Shown: in pieces, positions 22,457-24,000 of the stretch | How positions within the stretch are numbered: position 1 is the first letter of the stretch | Layout of the letters: every line of letters starts with the position of its first letter | Source: an uncultured Gammaproteobacteria bacterium | GTDB taxonomy: Bacteria > Pseudomonadota > Gammaproteobacteria > Xanthomonadales > Rhodanobacteraceae | Direction of reading: 5' to 3' | Length of the DNA: 24,000 nucleotides | Assembly: GCA_963800395.1 (NCBI GenBank) | Contig: CAWDBD010000005.1 | Coordinates: 495-24,494 of the forward strand | Made by a program: the position numbers and the translations under genes | The notes under the pieces: model-generated | The model's input: only the letters and a program-made list of their open reading frames with translations | Told to the model about the DNA's origin: nothing | Databases searched by the model: none

Positions 22457-23734
22457 CTACGCCCCCTCGTCCTCGACGTCGTAGCCGCCACTTGGCAGGC
22501 GCGGCACGCCATGCTCATCACGCTCTTCCAATACAGGTGCCAGCGCCCCATGCATGCCGGGCAGCAGCCTGACTGGTGCACCACCCGAAGCAATGTCCAG
22601 CGCGTTGCGATAGCACTGGGCGGCTGTCGCCTGATCGTCATCGCCCTGCGCCACGTCACCGAGGGCAGACCAGGCCGGAGCCAGTGACGGATCGCGCTGC
22701 AGGGCCTGCTCCAGATAGTCGCGGGCCTTGCCGTACAAACCCTGGCGCGCGCACAGGCCACCCAGGGCAGCCAGCAGGGCCGCATCATCGGCATGGTTTT
22801 TCAGCCAGCTTTCGGCCTGACGCAGGCGCTGGTCGGCAGGAACATCCTCCAGGCCGATATAAAGGCTGGCCAGATCCGGGTTCCATTGTTTGCGCAAGGA
22901 CGATTCCAGTTCGCCCATGGCCGCCAGTCCGGCACCGCTGCGCGCCGCATGCCAGGCATACACCGACAGCAGATCGGGGTCACTGCGCCTGCCGCGCGGC
23001 AGGTTGCGCCAGATTCCGGCAAGGGACTGCGCATCACCCGCCGATGCCAGTGCCTCGGTCAGCACGGTCTTCTCCAGTCGCGCCATGGCGTCGCTGCCAA
23101 GCGCGCCCGACTTGCGCAGGGAGGGGAGTGATTCCAGCGCACGTGCCGCCTGCCCGGACGCAAGCAATGCCAGCACCAGTTCGTGCCAGCCGGCGGGCGT
23201 CAGCTTGCCGGCCTCGGCCTCCGGACCAAGCAGCTGGGCAGCCTGCTCGGGATCGCCGCGCTCGCGCAGCACCCGCGCCCGCAATACGCGTGCGGCCTGT
23301 GGTGCCAGATCGGTGGCCTGATCGAGACGTTCCAGGGCCCGATCCCAGGCACCGCGCCGCAGCGCGGCATCGGCTTGCAACAACTGGGCCGGCGCCCTCA
23401 AGGGCGTGTAGCGGGCGGCCTTCACCAGACTGCGCTCGGCAAGCTCGTGGCGCCCTTCGAACAGGCCGATGAGGCCTGCGGCCATGCGTTTGTGCCCCAG
23501 GCGTCGGCGGCGCCGTGATACCGCACCGAATGGCCAACGCAGCAGGCGCGCTGCCAATCCGATCAGGGCCCAGAGCAGCAACAGCAGCAAGATGGCGACC
23601 AGCAAACTGGTTTCCACCCGCCAGCCGCGCAGGCGGATCAGCACATGGCCGGGGTCTTCGGCCACCCAATGCCAGCCCCAGGCAGCCAGCACGGCCACCC
23701 CCAGCAGCAGCAGGATCCAGCGCCACAGCTTCAT
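22457..23734 (-). CDS. hemY: HemY-like TPR membrane protein (haem biosynthesis-associated)
   Basis: MKLWRWILLLLGVAVLAAWGWHWVAEDPGHVLIRLRGWRVETSLLVAILLLLLLWALI... has the HemY N-terminal domain with two TM helices followed by TPR-like repeats. Its ATG overlaps the upstream stop (ATGA at 23731-23734). Confidence 0.85.
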   Translation of the reverse strand: MKLWRWILLLLGVAVLAAWGWHWVAEDPGHVLIRLRGWRVETSLLVAILLLLLLWALIGLAARLLRWPFGAVSRRRRRLGHKRMAAGLIGLFEGRHELAERSLVKAARYTPLRAPAQLLQADAALRRGAWDRALERLDQATDLAPQAARVLRARVLRERGDPEQAAQLLGPEAEAGKLTPAGWHELVLALLASGQAARALESLPSLRKSGALGSDAMARLEKTVLTEALASAGDAQSLAGIWRNLPRGRRSDPDLLSVYAWHAARSGAGLAAMGELESSLRKQWNPDLASLYIGLEDVPADQRLRQAESWLKNHADDAALLAALGGLCARQGLYGKARDYLEQALQRDPSLAPAWSALGDVAQGDDDQATAAQCYRNALDIASGGAPVRLLPGMHGALAPVLEERDEHGVPRLPSGGYDVEDEGA

Positions 23735-24000
23735 GCGCCGGCTGCCGTCTGCGCGCGCGCGGGTTCAGCGGCCGGTGGCGCCAGTGGCGTGGCATTCATT
23801 TGTCGCACCTGCAGCTGGTTGCGCAATGCAGTCAAGGCCGCACCAAGCTGCACGTCCACCTTGTCGGCGTCAGCAAGCTGGCTGGCCAGTTGCGACAGCA
23901 CCTGCCTGGCCTGCATGACCTTCGGGCTGTCTGCATCATATTCCCTGGCCAGCGTCGCACCCACGCGCTGAACGGCGCCCATTGCACGCGCCGGGTCATT
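23731..24000 (-). CDS. hemX: HemX-like protein, C-terminal part (5' end outside the window)
   Basis: The frame stays open to the window end. Its C-terminus is ...REYDADSPKVMQARQVLSQLASQLADADKVDVQLGAALTALRNQL... The call rests on the canonical hemX-hemY adjacency and the C-terminal pattern, so it is weaker than the others. Confidence 0.55.
   Translation of the reverse strand, partial: NDPARAMGAVQRVGATLAREYDADSPKVMQARQVLSQLASQLADADKVDVQLGAALTALRNQLQVRQMNATPLAPPAAEPARAQTAAGA

Noticed and set aside
3195-24000. Enrichment of iron/haem/Fe-S genes (bfd, bfr, hemJ, erpA, the 2Fe-2S reductase, hemY, hemX), considered as a dedicated functional island.
   Set aside because: The genes are scattered on both strands among unrelated housekeeping genes. 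Each is a common core gene in its usual local context (bfd-bfr, hemX-hemY). There is no evidence of co-regulation or mobility.

Overview
High-GC gammaproteobacterial chromosome, with Xanthomonadales-like gene content (inferred, not searched). The window is mostly housekeeping genes plus a few accessory insertions.

Gene order, left to right:
- hipA (3'-truncated by the window edge, found by my own translation) and hipB (-)
- about 690 bp of non-coding DNA holding palindromic elements
- tRNA-Met plus a 5' tRNA-Met fragment (-)
- rppH, bfd, bfr (+)
- a REC-GGDEF-EAL protein in which all three domains are degenerate (-)
- hemJ (-)
- a co-directional block: DUF6776-like gene, bactofilin, Pmp-like beta-helix surface protein, erpA, nudC (+)
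- a secreted amidohydrolase (-)
- a four-gene archaic (Csu/sigma-type) chaperone-usher pilus operon (-)
- ampE and an FAD oxidoreductase (+)
- a PaaI thioesterase followed by srkA (-)
- a 2Fe-2S/FNR-type reductase (+)
- hemY and the 3' end of hemX (-)

The ORF track treats GTG and TTG as Met. It also contains many antisense shadow ORFs typical of GC-rich DNA, and I rejected those.

I do not see a recognisable new multi-gene system such as a defence island, CRISPR array or retron. The observations most worth follow-up are:
- a near-consensus sigma54 promoter in front of the Csu-type pilin
- a perfect CRP/Clp palindrome inside a near-consensus sigma70 promoter, which lies within the track-predicted 5' end of the degenerate c-di-GMP protein
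- the tRNA-Met locus, where a promoter-proximal 5' fragment precedes the intact gene next to a hipBA module, suggesting an island edge
- a Pmp-like protein with an IPTL-CTERM-like tail whose stop overlaps the erpA start
- srkA, which has no canonical start codon for its conserved N-terminus but has a well-spaced SD plus ATT
- heptamer (GAGTCCC)n arrays placed directly after stop codons, one of them G-quadruplex-competent
- two unrelated nested palindromic MITE/REP-like elements

All homology calls come from motif recognition by eye. No database search or computation was run.
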